In this document: one piece after another, positions 12,959 to 26,413 of the stretch
Numbering within the stretch: position 1 is the first letter of the stretch
Layout: each line of letters starts with the position of its first letter
From: Octopus sinensis
Taxonomy: Eukaryota
Reading direction: 5' to 3'
Length of the DNA: 64,000 nt
Assembly (NCBI RefSeq): GCF_006345805.1
Contig: NC_043004.1
Coordinates: 98,828,001-98,892,000 of the forward strand
Position numbers and translations under genes: made by a program
Notes under the pieces: model-generated
Databases searched by the model: none
Seen by the model: only the letters and a program-made list of their open reading frames with translations
Told to the model about the DNA's origin: nothing

Positions 12959-13604
12959 AGAATCAATGTATGTATTCATTATTAGGACAATTACCCTCTC
13001 AAGGTACAAAAAACAATATATTCTTACATTTTACATATAATGACTGTGAGAAATTATCTAGTGACACCAACTATATGACAAAAATATAGTTAAATTTGCA
13101 GTAAGTGTGGTATTTTATTATTAATCAAGCTGTCGTAGTAATTAGATAATGAAAATAAATACATTACGTAAATCTGAAAAAGTAAGAGTGACAACTTTGA
13201 AATTATGGTTGGCGTTAGGGAGGGCATCCAGCGGTAGAAACACTGCCAGATCAGACTGGGCCTGATGCAGCCTTCTGGCTTCACAGACCCCAGTTGAACC
13301 GTCCAACCCATGCTAGCATGGAAAGCGGATGCTAAATGATGATGATGATGATGATGATTAGCACATGAGCCAGAGTGGTGAGCTGGCACAGTCAATAGCA
13401 TACCAGGTAAAATGTTTAGCGGAACTTCATCCATCTTTACATTCTGAGTTCAAATTCTGCATTTCATTCTTTCGGAGTCCATAAAATAAGTACCAGTTGA
13501 GTACTGGGGTCAATGTAATGGACTTACCCTGCTCTGAAATTGCTGGTCTGGTGCCAAAATTTGAAAATAGTATTAAATATGATCTGTATCAAACTTAACT
13601 TGTA

Positions 13605-13765
13605 CAGGAGTGGCTGTGTGGTAAGTTGCTTGTTTACAAGCCACATGGTTCCGGGTTCAGTCCCACTGCGTGGCATCTTGGGCAAGTGTCTTCTGCTAAA
13701 GCCCCGGGCCAACCAAAGCCTTGTGAGTGGATTTGGTAGACGGAAACTGACAGAAGCCTGTCGTA

Positions 13766-13816
<51 letters not shown>

Positions 13817-14000
13817 TTGTGTGTCTGTATTTGTCTCCCTAGCATTGCTTGACAACCGATGCTGGTGTGTTTACGTCCCCGTCACTTAGCGGTTCGGCAA
13901 AAGAGACCGATAGAATAAGTACTGGGCTTACAAAGAATAAGTTTGACTAAAGGCGGTGCTCCAGCATGGCCGCAGTCAAATGACTGAAATAAGTAAAAGA
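13605..14000 (+). mobile_element. SINE family A
   Basis: Head, core and tail present. Confidence 0.85.
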
Positions 14001-15056
14001 AAAAAAATATGTTTGTATATTCCAATATGGGGAGAGGATGCTGTAGAGGTTATATGGACAATCTCTTGTTCATGGCCAAACCATTTAAAAAAATGAGAAT
14101 ATATATTGGTTCTTTTGTATTACATTTCTTCCTTCTATCAATTACCTTCTCACTCTAGTCTTTTTCCCACATTCTTTATCCTCCTATTTGCCAAGTATGA
14201 GAGAAATATGTCTTGTAAAGGAGAATAAACAAATGGAAAAACCCTTTAAGTAACAGTTAATCTTTCTAAGAATGAGATATCTCTAACATTGTTTTTACAA
14301 TAAAATACACCTAGTACAAACTGTAAAGTAATTAACAGAGACAACATAGTGAAGGGGTTACTCTTTAGACATGCTGAGAACAGGACAACGTCTCTAGTGC
14401 TGGAGCAATGATGCAATGCACCAGGTACAATCTTCAAAGAGTTTGGTGTTACTAAGGTGCCCAGCAGTAAGAAATGTTAAATTAAAAATGAAATATACTG
14501 CATGAAAAGTTGCCAAAAATTTTGATGATGAATATGTGTGTGTGTGTGTGTATATGCATGCATGCATGTATGTATGTATGTATGTATGTATGTATGTATG
14601 TATGTTTGTATGTATGTATGCATGCATGTATGTATGTATGTATGTATGTGTGTGTGTATGTATGTATATGTACTTATATATACACACATGCACATACATA
14701 GATATATGCATGTGTGTGTGTACATATATATATATCCACCCATTTTCCTATATATACATATATATTTGTATGTATGTATGTATGTATACATATATATGCA
14801 TGTGTGTATATATTATCATCATCATCATCTTCATCATCATTTAACATCCGTTTTTCATGCTGACATGGGTAGGATGGTTTGACCAGAGCTGGCAAGCCAA
14901 GGAGCTGTGCCAGGCTCCAGTCTGATTTAGCAATTTCTATGGATAGATGTCCTTCTTAATGCCAATTACCTTACAGTGTGTACTGAATGCTTTTAACATG
15001 ACACAACCATGTGGTACCAGCATGAGTGCTTTTTACAGGCCATATATATATATATA

Positions 15057-15870
15057 CAAGGTGTGATGGGTAAAGAGTCACCATTTCATATTTTTGATTT
15101 CGTGCATGCACACGGTTTTTGATTTTGTTGACTACATAGTATAGTAGAGTCAGTTGGGCACTGTCTGTGAGAAAAATAGCACCGTGACACAATTAACTCT
15201 GCCAGAAATTTGGAAACGACATGCATTACTGTTTGGCATTCATGCCGGAAGAGAAGAAATTCATGCCAAGTGTGATAAAAATCAAATATCCAATCATGAT
15301 GTTTGGAGTGATCACTAGTGATGGTGATGTCATGCCTCCATTCATCTTCCCACATGGCCTCACACTCAATACAGAGACCTACATCAAGTGCCTGGAGGAG
15401 GTAGTGCTATCCTGGGTCGAAGAGGGTGGCTGCTGGAAGACCTTGTCTGGCAACAGGAATCTGCCCCATGCCACACAAGCAGGAGAACCCATTCATGGCT
15501 GTCAGACAATTTCTGTGACCACATCACTCTTAACATCTGGCCAACTAACTCCCCAGACTGCAACCCCTTGATTATTATGTGCGGGATGTAGCTGAGTGAG
15601 AGACCAACAAAACTCCTTGTAACACCAAAGATGAACTGAAGACAAGGATTATGACAGCATTCACCAACTTAAACAAGGAGACCACCCAGAAGAGTTGCAG
15701 GAGATTCCGAAGTCATCTGAAGGCCATGATTGAAGCCAAAGGGGATTATATTGAAAGAATTTACTCTTTCGTATTTCAAGATATTTTAATGGAATTTTAG
15801 TAAATATGAGACATCAGTGTTATTTTCATTTTTTGCGTAATTTAGACGACAGTTTATTCACTACACTCTG
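15057..15870 (+). mobile_element. Internally deleted Tc1/mariner element with transposase remnant
   Basis: TA flanks, degenerate TIRs; MMFGVITSDGDVMPPFIFPHGL, WQQESAPCHTSR, WPTNSPDCNPL across frameshifts. Confidence 0.9.
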
Positions 15871-15930
15871 TATATACATACACACACACACACACACACA
15901 TACACAAGTGTGAGGGTTATGTGCATGCAT

Positions 15931-16164
15931 AAGGCAGCAAGCTGGCAGAATCGTTAGCACGCTGGGCGAAATGCGTAGCCGTATTTCGTCTGCCACTACA
16001 TTCTGAGTTCAAATTCCGCCGAGGTCGACTTTGCCTTTCATCCTTTCGGGGTCGATAAATTAAGTACCAGTTACGCACTGGGGTCGATGTAATCGACTTA
16101 ATTCGTTTGTCAGTCCTTGTTTGTCCCCTCTGTGTTTAGCCCCTTGTGGGTAAAAAAAGAAACA
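15931..16164 (+). mobile_element. SINE family B monomer
   Basis: 12-bp TSD TATGTGCATGCA at 15918-15929 and 16165-16176. Confidence 0.85.
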
Positions 16165-16291
16165 TATGTGCATGCACAAATACACACACAAACAAACATG
16201 CATACAGAGCAAAAAATTACTGAAATATGTACCCATCCATGGGGCATTGAAATAATACACCTGACTATAAATCTCCTTTTGTATGTATCAG

Positions 16292-16359
16292 TAATCATGT
16301 TGCAGTCTCATTGCAAAAAATTGAAGCTACACAATTTATAAGTAAACATTTTGAATCAG
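16292..16359 (+). CDS. Candidate exon (xNHVAVSLQKIEATQFISKHFESx)
   Basis: Branch-like CTGAC, acceptor ccttttgtatgtatcag, donor CAG|gtgggt. Confidence 0.25.
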
Positions 16360-16548
16360 GTGGGTCTTTAACTCAAAAAAAAAAAGATTTATTTCTTCAA
16401 AGGGGATGCTTGTAGGTATGAAATATAATGCAGACAAAATATTTACAAAATATCATAAACACATAAAATAGAAATTAGAGAAGCCGTTTGGAGACACAAA
16501 AGTTTAAACATTAAAATCTAAAGTACATCAGCTGAAATAATAACTTAC

Positions 16549-16664
16549 AGTCACAGCTGAGACACTAAAGTATAAATCTATATGTTTTAATGCTAAATAT
16601 TGAATAGATTGTTTACTAGAGATCCCCAATGTGAGTATCATAGTTCGATTGATTTTTTTTTCCC
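16549..16664 (-). CDS. Candidate exon (xEKKINRTMILTLGISSKQSIQYLALKHIDLYFSVSAVT)
   Basis: Acceptor gtttatttaatctcag|G, donor ACT|gtaagt, phase 1 to 0, phase-compatible with 20643-20766. Confidence 0.45.
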
Positions 16665-16910
16665 CTGAGATTAAATAAACAACCCAGTCTCTATTTGTAA
16701 AAAAAAATATTTCGCCAGAAAATTATGTTGAAAGCTACTAGAAGTCTGTGTGGGTAACAAATAATGAGTCCAACAAACAAGTTGTTTGGATAAAATTTGA
16801 TTGGGGCCACAGCAAATATGTTGAACAAAAACAATATGAAATTATGGGGGGGCAGCGCTAAGCAGGGATGTGTATAAACACAAGGTTATTACCAGTTCAA
16901 ATATACTCAT

Positions 16911-17320
16911 ACTCTTTTACTCTTTTACATGTTTCAGTCATGTGACTGAGGCCATGCTGGAGCACTGCCTTTAGTCGAGCAAATCGACCCCGGGACTTTT
17001 CTTTGTAAACCCAGTACTTATTCTATTGGTCTCTTTTGCCGAACTGCTAAGTGACGGGGACGTAAACACACCAGCATTGGTTGTCAAGCAATGCTAGGGG
17101 GACAAACACAGACACACAAACATATACACACAACACATACATATATATACATATATATGACAGGCTTCTTTCAGTTTCCGTCTACCAAATCCACTCACAA
17201 GGCATTGGTCGGCCCGGGTCTATAGCAGAAGACACTTGCCCAAGATGCCACGCAGTAGGACTGAACCTGGAACCATGTGGTTGGTTAGCAAGCTACTTAC
17301 CACACAGCCACTCCTGCGCC
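16911..17320 (-). mobile_element. SINE family A
   Basis: Full length. Confidence 0.9.
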
Positions 17321-17355
17321 TATATGTTTGCGATCTATAAATACATGGTACAAGA

Positions 17356-17764
17356 ACTCTTTACTCTTTTTACTCTTTTACTCTTTTACTTATTTCAGTC
17401 ATCTGACTGCGGCCATGCTGGAGCACCGCCTTTAGTCGAGCAACTCGACCCCAGGACTTATTCTTTGTAAGCCCAGTACTTATTCTATCGGTCTCTTTTG
17501 CCGAACCGCTAAGTGACGGGGACGTAAACACACCAGCTTCGGTTGTCAAGCAATGCTAGGGGGACAAACACAGACACACAAACACACATATATATATACA
17601 TATATACAACAGGCTTCTTTCAGTTTCCATCTACCAAATCCACTCACAAGGCATTGGTCGGCCCGAGGCTATAGCAGAAGACACTTGCCCAAGATGCCAC
17701 GCAGTGGGACTGAACCCGGAACCATGTGGTTGGTTAGCAAGCTACTTACCACACAGCCACTCCT
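17356..17764 (-). mobile_element. SINE family A, adjacent to the previous copy
   Basis: Full length, 35 bp from the neighbour. Confidence 0.9.
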
Positions 17765-18099
17765 GTAATAACGTTGTAATAATGTTGTAATAACCTTGTA
17801 AATGTGAAATTAATAGCACAGTACTGGAAAGAGTCTTAAAGAAAGAGATTATAAGAAAATCTCCAGTCTTAGATCTTATAACATGATATTGGTTCAAGAA
17901 CCTCATCTTTTATCACCAAGATTTGGTACTACCAAATGGAAAGATCCTCAAGAGTCCATTAGACTTGGCTGTCTGGCTTTAAGCTACCATGACTCTTCTT
18001 CTTCCAATGAATAGGCAACAAACCACTCTACTTAAAAATTTCTATCAAATAGTTTGCCAAAATAGCATGGGTGCCTTTTACAACAGATAGATAAATAGA

Positions 18100-18133
18100 C
18101 AGGCAGATAGACAGACAGACAGAGACACAGACG

Positions 18134-18187
<54 letters not shown>

Positions 18188-18290
18188 CAGATAGACAGAC
18201 AGATAAATAGATAGATAGATAGATAGATAGATACATAGATAGATAGATAGAGAGGCAGATAGACAGATAAATAGATAATTAAATCGACAG
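18100..18290. repeat. (GATA)n/(GACA)n microsatellite
   Basis: Direct reading. Confidence 0.95.
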
Positions 18291-18425
18291 ATAAATGAAT
18301 ATGTGTATGTGTGTATATGTGTGTGCATATGTACATATATGTCCATATATATATACTCTTTTACTTGTTTCAGTCATTTGACTGCGGCCATGCTGGAGCA
18401 CCATATATATATATATATATATATA

Positions 18426-18920
18426 TCTTATTATAAAAGGCAGATTTTATCTGCCTCCCTTTGGGAGTTATAGAAATCTACAATATAGGATTTCTTCAAT
18501 TACAATTTACCTAGCATTTTTGAGAGTACAATGCATCGCGTCATGCCAGGTCCAGTTTTTAAAATTTAAACTCCAATTAAGCAAAATTTACAGAAAACTC
18601 ACATTCTGGTGTGTGTGTGTCAAATGCTTTTCTTAGTCTGGTTTACAGCACACGCAAACGCACACACACAGTGGGCAACGAATAAAATGAAAGTAATTGA
18701 CTTACTGTAGTGAGTGATTCTTTCACTCTGCCTCCCACTTCCTCTTTCCCACATAGACACGCAAATATATAAATAAAACTGTAAGCTAACGTGCGTGTGT
18801 GTGAGTGTGTGTGTGTGAGTGTGCGCGTGTGTGTGTGTGTGTGAGGGTGCGGTGTGTGTGTGTGTGTGTGATGTGTGCGTGAGTGTGTGACAGGAAAGTT
18901 TTTTACGACGAATATAACAC
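18426..18920 (+). mobile_element. Possible Helitron-like 5' portion
   Basis: Starts A|TCTTATTATAAAAGGCAG, resembling the 5' end of the Helitrons at 20086 and 44289; no clear 3' CTAG end. Confidence 0.35.
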
Positions 18921-18939
18921 CTATATCCAAGTAGCAGAA

Positions 18940-19315
18940 AGATAAGACAGTAAGGTGTGATTTGAGGGAGATTTGGCTGTTATTTCTACCATGTCTAGCT
19001 GCCATGTAGGGGTCTCCCTCATAGGCTCATACATACATATATGCATAGATAAGACAGTAAGGTGTGATTTGGGGGAAATTTGGCTGCTATTCTACCAGGT
19101 CTAGCTGCCATGTAGGGGTCTCCCTCATAGGCTCATACATACATATATACATAGATAAGACAGTAAGGTGTGATTTGGGGGAAATTTGGCTGCTATTTCT
19201 ACCAGGTCTAGCTACCATGTACAGGTCCCCCTCATTGGCTCATATATATATACATACATAAGACAGTAAGGTGTGATTTGAGGGAGATTTGGCTGCTGTT
19301 TCTACCAGGTCTGTT
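18940..19315 (+). repeat. Tandem repeat, ~107-bp unit, ~3.5 copies
   Basis: ATAAGACAGTAAGGTGTGATTTG(A/G)GGGA(G/A)ATTTGGCTG recurs four times. Confidence 0.9.
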
Positions 19316-19668
19316 AGGCCTTCTCATGTAAACTCAAGCTTTCTCATGCCTTGAACATAAGACCAAAGCAGAGAATGTATTCTTTTATTCTTCTGCTTTT
19401 TCCAGCCATTGGTCTGTGGCCATGCTGGGGCAATGCCTTGAAGAATTGTAGTTTAATGAATCAACTCGTTTTATTTTTGTAAGCATTGTACTTATTCTAT
19501 CTGTTTCCTTTGTCAAACCACTAGGTGACAGGGATGTAAACAAACCAACATTCGTTGTCAAGCAGTGGTGGAGGACAATCACAAGCACAGACACGCACAC
19601 ACACACACATACATGCATACACATATACACACATACATACATATATATATATGTGTGTACATATATAT

Positions 19669-19925
19669 TGCAGCGTGGAAGGTGTTTGTAAGCCATTTAA
19701 GAAACACACAAAAACCGTTACATTCACTTCAACATTTAAATTTAATTTGCCAAAATATTTTCGTCGCTTTGAGACCGCGACCTGTTCACTGACAAAAATA
19801 TCGTGCTAACAGGTTGCGGTCTCAAAGCGATGAAAATATTTTGACAAATTAAATTTAAATGTTGAAGTGAATCTAACGGTTTTTGTGTGTTTCTTAAATG
19901 GCTTATAAACACCTTCAATGCTGCA
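19669..19925. repeat. Fold-back inverted repeat, ~118-bp arms with 21-bp spacer
   Basis: 19669-19786 versus 19808-19925. Confidence 0.95.
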
Positions 19926-20085
19926 ACTGTTTTCGTTCCAGCACACGATCTCAGATCAAGTCACTTGCTATGCAAGTACATCTCTGTAACTATATATATA
20001 TTATATATATATATATATGTATTGGTAAAAACAGTAAGATAACAAAAGAAAGAAAGAGACCTCAATATTATGTAAATAGAGGAAA

Positions 20086-20478
20086 TCTTTATATATAAAA
20101 GTGAGGTTGTGTGTCTGTCTCCTACGATTTAGATTCCTAACTACTCCCACATTTTGCGGTGCAGTTTAACCAAACCGGGTATCTTATAGTCGTGATTCAT
20201 ATCGAGACCGTCTGGGTATTAGCGCACGTCTACGATGAGTCTACGATTTAAAAAAAAATTTACCATCAATTTTTCCCATTTTTAATCCATTTTTGACATA
20301 TATAAGGGAAGTAACTCTCTAAAATTTATTATTAAATCTCAGAACGTAAAAAGCTACAGTAACACCCCTCCCCCTTGTGGTTAGCCATATTGAGATGGCT
20401 ATTATACTTTACATCTCTAAAAATGCTTATATAATTATTTCCCTTACAAACCCGAGCAACGCCGGGCGATACTGCTAG
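20086..20478 (+). mobile_element. Non-autonomous Helitron
   Basis: A|TC start, subterminal hairpin CCCGAGCAACGCCGGG, CTAG|T end, no TSD; second copy at 44289. Confidence 0.85.
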
Positions 20479-20642
20479 TATATATATATTTATATAAACA
20501 AAAAATATACATATATGTACATATATCAACATCACCATCATCCTCATCATCATTTTCATATCTAACTTTCTATAACTGCATGAGTCAGATAAGAATGCTT
20601 AAGCAGCATTTTCTATGACCAAATACTTTTCCTCATGTCAAC

Positions 20643-20766
20643 CTTCAACTGTGTCCAAGTATGTTAACAATTTCCCAATTTCTTTCAACAACAAAGGGTG
20701 TTGTTGAGCTTTTTGCTTACAAATGTTGGGCAAAGTGTCAAGGAGACTGAACATGACTGAGATGGA
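20643..20766 (-). CDS. Candidate exon (SISVMFSLLDTLPNICKQKAQQHPLLLKEIGKLLTYLDTVEx)
   Basis: Acceptor gtcgtctgttgtag, weak donor AG|gttgac, 124 bp, phase 0 to 1. Confidence 0.35.
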
Positions 20767-20814
20767 CTACAACAGACGACAGTGTCGTTCTTTATAACCA
20801 GCGAATACACATGG

Positions 20815-21115
20815 AGATAAAGGAGCATGCAAACTCACTCCCATAAACACACTCATCCTTCCACATGTACATACAGACATATACATGTATATTTACAGGG
20901 TGTGCATACAGGCTAGATTTGATGAGTTTTTGTGCCTCCATCTTTAGGGAACAAATTGATATCTTTTTAGGGTACAGATTGATAAAGGAACATATGAACT
21001 CACTCCCATAAACACTTGTACATACAGATACACACATGTATGTGTACAGGATGTCCATATAGGCTAAATTTGCTGAGCTTTTGTGCTTCCGTTTTTAGGG
21101 AACAGATTGATGTCT
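20815..21115 (+). repeat. Diverged tandem duplication (~165 bp, two copies)
   Basis: GATAAAGGA..AACTCACTCCCATAAACAC and TTTAGGGAACA each occur twice. Confidence 0.75.
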
Positions 21116-21211
21116 TGACAAACAGTCAACTGCTTTTGAGAGCATAACTGTTTTAAATTACAATTGTGAAAAAGTTAGTTGTCATAGAGAACTGGAAACT
21201 ATCTGAATATT

Positions 21212-21423
21212 ATTTTCTACTCTAGGCACAAGGCCTGAAATATCTTGGGAGGCAGCCAGTCGATTAGATCGACCCCAGTATGCAACTGGTACTTAATTTA
21301 TCGACCCTGGAAGGATGAAGGGCAAAGTCAACCTTGGTGGAATTTGAACTCAGAACATAAAAACAGACAAAATACGCTAAGCATTTTGTCCAGCGTGGTA
21401 ACGTTTCTGCCAGCTCACTGCCA
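21212..21423 (-). mobile_element. Family B-related SINE with a different 3' end
   Basis: 19-bp TSD TGGAAACTATCTGAATATT at 21193-21211 and 21424-21442. Confidence 0.85.
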
Positions 21424-21588
21424 TGGAAACTATCTGAATATTGAAAAAGAGTTACCTGTATTATAATGATTTGCACCAGACTTCAAAATGCCTATATTAA
21501 GAGCTGCTCAATGCTCTGTCAATATTGTAAAGGCTGTAAGATTTGACAGAGACAGCAGCAATGGAGACTACAAAACCATAGCCTAGAG

Positions 21589-21791
21589 CAGTGCTTTTCA
21601 AACTTTTTGCTGAAGCGGAACCTCAAGGAAACATTCCACTGGCTCAAGGAATCCCTGTGCAATAATTTATAATTGTCTTATGGACACATATCTGCACAGG
21701 AGAATTAAAAATTACTGTCGATTTTAGCATTTTTGTAACTTCTAGCGGAAACCCTGGACTGTACTGGCGGAACCCTGGTTGAAAACCACTG
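21589..21791. mobile_element. hAT (Charlie-like) MITE
   Basis: TIRs CAGTGCTTTTCAA / TTGAAAACCACTG; perfect 8-bp TSD GCCTAGAG. Confidence 0.9.
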
Positions 21792-21974
21792 GCCTAGAGG
21801 AAGAGACACAGCAGGCATTCTGACTGTTTCTGCACACCAGAGCACATTAAATGTCTTTCAATAGGATCTTAGACTCAATTCAGATGGCTATGTACAGCTT
21901 CTGAAGACTGCAGTTAAATACTGGCTACTGAATGCTGCTGCTTGAAGACCATATGCACAAGAGCATTATTAGGT

Positions 21975-22312
21975 TTGTTACCATGCCTCTGGGAAGAATC
22001 AGAAACGGCTGGTGGAGAATATCTAAGACTTCATCATCATCCTGATTCCTCCAATTGTAATCCTATGGATTACTATATACTCTTTACTCTTTTACTCTTT
22101 TACTTGTTTCAGTCATTTGACTGCGGCCATGCTGGAGCACCACCTTTAATCGAGCAACTCGACCCGGGGACTTATTCTTTTGTATGCCCAGTACTTATTC
22201 TATCAGTCTCTTTTGCCGTACCGCTAAGTTACGGGGACATAAACACACCAGCACCGGTTGTCAAACAATGCTAGTGGGACAAACACACAAACACATACAC
22301 ACACATGCATAT

Positions 22313-22388
<76 letters not shown>

Positions 22389-22862
22389 TATACGACAGGC
22401 TTCTTTCAGTTTCCGTCTACCAAATCCACTCACAAGGCTTTGGTCGGCCCGAGGCTATAGTAGAAGACACTTGCCCAAGATGCCATGCAGTGGGACTGAA
22501 CCCAGAACCATGTGGTTGGTTAGCAAGCTACTTACCACACAGCCACTCCTGTGCCTATGTGGGGCATGGTTTAGTAAAACCTCAAACACTCTCTACCTGC
22601 AACACTAAAATTGAGCTGATGGCCAAGATGAAGGCTGTGTTTGAAGAATCTTTCCAGGGACACAATGAGAAATGCACGTGCCAGGTTCCAAAGCAATTCT
22701 GAGGCCATGGTGGAAGCTAGGGTGGCTACTGAGAGGACACTATAATCTTCAAACCAGAAATTAGTTTATTTCTAATGGTTTTTAAAAAATAATTATACTT
22801 TTGGCTAGGATATTGTGTTTCTTTTCCTTTTCTGCAAAACTATGAAATTTAATCTGAACACA
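21975..22862 (+). pseudogene. Tc1/mariner transposase 3' remnant interrupted by a SINE
   Basis: PDSSNCNPMDYY before and VWGMV...CNTKIELMAKMKAVFE after the SINE. Confidence 0.7.
22079..22555 (-). mobile_element. SINE family A nested in the mariner remnant
   Basis: Full length, flanked by TAT. Confidence 0.9.
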
Positions 22863-23255
22863 CTTACTCACTCACTCACTCACTCACTCACTTACTCACT
22901 CACTCACTCACTCACTTACTCACTCACTCACTCATTCACTCACTCACTCAACTCACTCACTCACTCACTCATTCACTCATTCACTCACTCACTCCACTCA
23001 CTCACTCACTCACTCACTCACTCACACTCACTCACTCACTCAACTCACTCACTCACTCACTCACTCATTCACTCACTCACTCACTCACTCACTCATTCAC
23101 TCACTCACTCACTACTCACTCATTCACTCACTCACTCACTCACTCACTCACTCACTCACTCACTCACTCATTCACTTACTCACTCATTCCCTCACTCACT
23201 CACTCACTCACTCACTCACTCACTCACTCATTCACTCACTCACTCACTCACTCAT
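22863..23255. repeat. (ACTC)n tetranucleotide array
   Basis: Direct reading; source of the THSL ORF. Confidence 0.95.
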
Positions 23256-23371
23256 GCATACATGCATGCATGCACGCATTATACATATATATATGTATGC
23301 ATATATACACACATATATATATACATTTATGTGCATGTATATACAAACATTCACAGACATACGCACATGTA

Positions 23372-24084
23372 CGAGGGATTCTGGAAAGTTCCTGGCTTTA
23401 AGGGTATTGTGAAAAGCCTGGCTGGAGGTCCAATCTTCTGATTTCTTTTACAGGACGTTACAAAAACTGAAGAGCCACTGCAATAAATGTGGGAATCTGA
23501 GAGTGGAATATGTTTCTTATTTCTTATTTCTTTATTGCCCACTAGAGGCTAAACACAGTGGGGGACAAACAAGGACAGACAAAGGGATTAAGTCAATTAC
23601 ATCAACCCCTAGTGCATAACTGGTACTTGATTTATCGACCCCGAAAGGATGAAAGGCAAAGTCGACCTCGGAGGAATTTGAACTTAGAATGTAACAGCAG
23701 ACGAAATACCTATTTCTTTACTACCCACAAGGGGCTAAAGACAGAGGGGACAAACAAGGACAGACAAACGGATTAAGTCTATTGCATCGACCCCAGTGTG
23801 TAACTGGTACTTAATTTATCGACCCCAAAAGGATGAAAGGCAAAGTTGACCTCGGCGGAATTTGAACCCAGAACGTAACGGCAGACGAAATATGGCTATG
23901 CATTTCACCCGGCACGCTAACGTTTCTGCCAGCAGACGAAATACCGCTATGCATTTCGCTCGGCATGCTAACGTTTCTGCCAGCTCACTGCCTTGTGAGA
24001 GTGGAATATGTTGAATAAAATCAATTAGATGATCCTCCTGTATTTTCTTTTACTCAAAGCCAGAAATTTCTCAGTACCCTCTCA
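23372..24084 (+). mobile_element. Mariner-derived MITE split by a SINE multimer
   Basis: TA-CGAGGG...CTGGCTTT end with inverted AAAGCCAG...CCCTC end; transposase tail-like QKLKSHCNK. Confidence 0.65.
23515..23995 (-). mobile_element. SINE family B dimer with duplicated head segment
   Basis: 17-bp TSD TGAGAGTGGAATATGTT at 23498-23514 and 23996-24012. Confidence 0.9.
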
Positions 24085-24161
24085 TATATAAGGAAATGTA
24101 TGCTGTTGCATGACAAAAACCCATTTTGAGTTATATTTTCAAACTACACATACATACTCAC

Positions 24162-24208
24162 TCTACTAGAAATGACAACAAATTCTTCCTTAAATTTCAC
24201 TTTTCTTT
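24162..24208 (-). CDS. Candidate exon (xRKVKFKEEFVVISSR)
   Basis: Acceptor ccttgctttcctaag, donor AGA|gtgagt, 47 bp, phase 1 to 0. Confidence 0.35.
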
Positions 24209-24773
24209 CTTAGGAAAGCAAGGACTTGTTGATTAAAGTACTTCTTGATATACACTCTGCTTAGAAAATCTGTAACAGTCGTGCCTTGAATTTGTGTCAG
24301 TATATGTCCACTTGGGTTTAGAAAACAGTAAGATAAACATACCAATGCAAACATATATGGAGATAAGTGTAAGTATACTACATAGTTCCACATATAAAAT
24401 ATGTTTAATACATATATTCATATATTCCTATTACCATACAGACACAGACACAGATAATATACTCACATGCAAAGATAATGATAGATGTGTATAAAAACAT
24501 ACAATGATATATATATATATATGATGATATATATATGCAAATTGATGATGATTATGATATTACATACATACCATAATAAATAGTTGCTAGTCACCACATA
24601 CATATGTATGTATATTTTATACACAATAGACGCACTCATCCACACTTGCATATAGCACAAGACAGATAGCATGTCAACACAAAACATGCAAACTTGTATA
24701 CCTTAAACATATAGATATATATGCATGTGTGTATATATATATAGGCATGTATATACATGTGTCTGTATATATG

Positions 24774-24805
<32 letters not shown>

Positions 24806-24843
24806 AATACACACATATATATGTATATATATATATATATGTA

Positions 24844-24880
<37 letters not shown>

Positions 24881-25004
24881 ATGTGTATACATATATGTAC
24901 ATATATGTATATGTATAAATGTAAATATATATATGTGTGTGTGTATGGGTATATATATACATATATATATATATACATATATGTACATATGTACATGTAT
25001 ATAC

Positions 25005-25039
<35 letters not shown>

Positions 25040-25662
25040 ATATATATATATATAATATATATTAATATATATGAAGACATGCTATCATAAACATTGACAG
25101 CTCACATTTACATAACCATACACACATACTCTTACCGTTTCTTCTTTCTTCCTACCTCTTCACATTGACACACATCCTCTCTTTCTTATACACAGATATG
25201 TTCGCACTACTTTGACACACAAGTGCAAAATGTACACAGAGATATCCACATTCTGAGTCATTGTGTAATATACATATATCCCATATCTTTGTGATTCGCC
25301 TGTCACCAAGTCCTATAAAGATCTCACAACAATGGCTCTTGATATGAGGAGATATACTACTTGTTTTCATTACTGCCGTGATGGGTGCCTTTTATGAAAA
25401 ATTGATCATGGAGAAATAAACACTGAAACACTTATTTCATTCCAATATATTTCTAACATTATAAAGACACTGGGGTTTGAAATTATGACGCGAGTTATGG
25501 ACAAATTTTCCTTGTCTGAATATTTTTATGTCTTCATCTGTTTTATATCTGTTTAGATGGCATGTTATGCATGAATGCTTTAACAGATTTTAAGTATTTG
25601 CATATGAATTACTAGAAATGAAAATGAAAATATATCTCTATAACTATCTATCTACACACACA

Positions 25663-25693
<31 letters not shown>

Positions 25694-26044
25694 CATGCAC
25701 ACACACATAAAGCAAAATAAATGAATGGATTTCTGAGTGTTGCAACAATTGTTTCGTTAGGAGATTTTATTTTGATCTAAGTATAAACCTAAATAATCAT
25801 ATTATGATGAAACAATTGTAGCAACACCCAGAAATCCATTCATTTTGTCTATTTTGTTTTGTGCCTCTCGGTGTATGGAGAGACACAATATGTATGTATG
25901 TATACATGTATGTATGTATGTATGTATATGTATATATGTATGTATATATATGTATGTAATATATATATATATTATATATATATATATATATAATATATAT
26001 ATATATATATCGTGTTGCCTTACTAGCACTTGGTGCTGGGGGCA

Positions 26045-26338
26045 TGTGAAATATTCAAGCAAGGTCGTCGCCAGTGCTGCTGGACTGGCTCCTGTGCAGG
26101 TGGCTCTTAAAAAGCACCATTTGGGTGTGGCCATTGCCAGTACCACCAAACTGGCCCTCGTGCCGGTGGCATGTAAAAGCACCTACTACACTCTCAGAGT
26201 GGTTGGTGTTAGGAAGGACATCCAGCTGTAGAAACTCTGCCAGATCAGATTGGAGTCTGGTTCGCCAGACCTCAGTCAAATCGCCCACCCATGCTAGCAT
26301 GGAAGACGGACATTAAATGATGATGATGATTATGATGA

Positions 26339-26340
<2 letters not shown>
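26045..26340 (+). mobile_element. Family C element
   Basis: Internal repeat plus (GAT)n tail. Confidence 0.8.

Positions 26341-26413
<73 letters not shown>

Noticed and set aside
22815-23441. 208-aa THSL-repeat ORF
   Set aside because: (ACTC)n array
25152-25400. WD40-like IGLGDRRITKIWD peptide
   Set aside because: Only loose resemblance, no convincing donor site, no further repeats found
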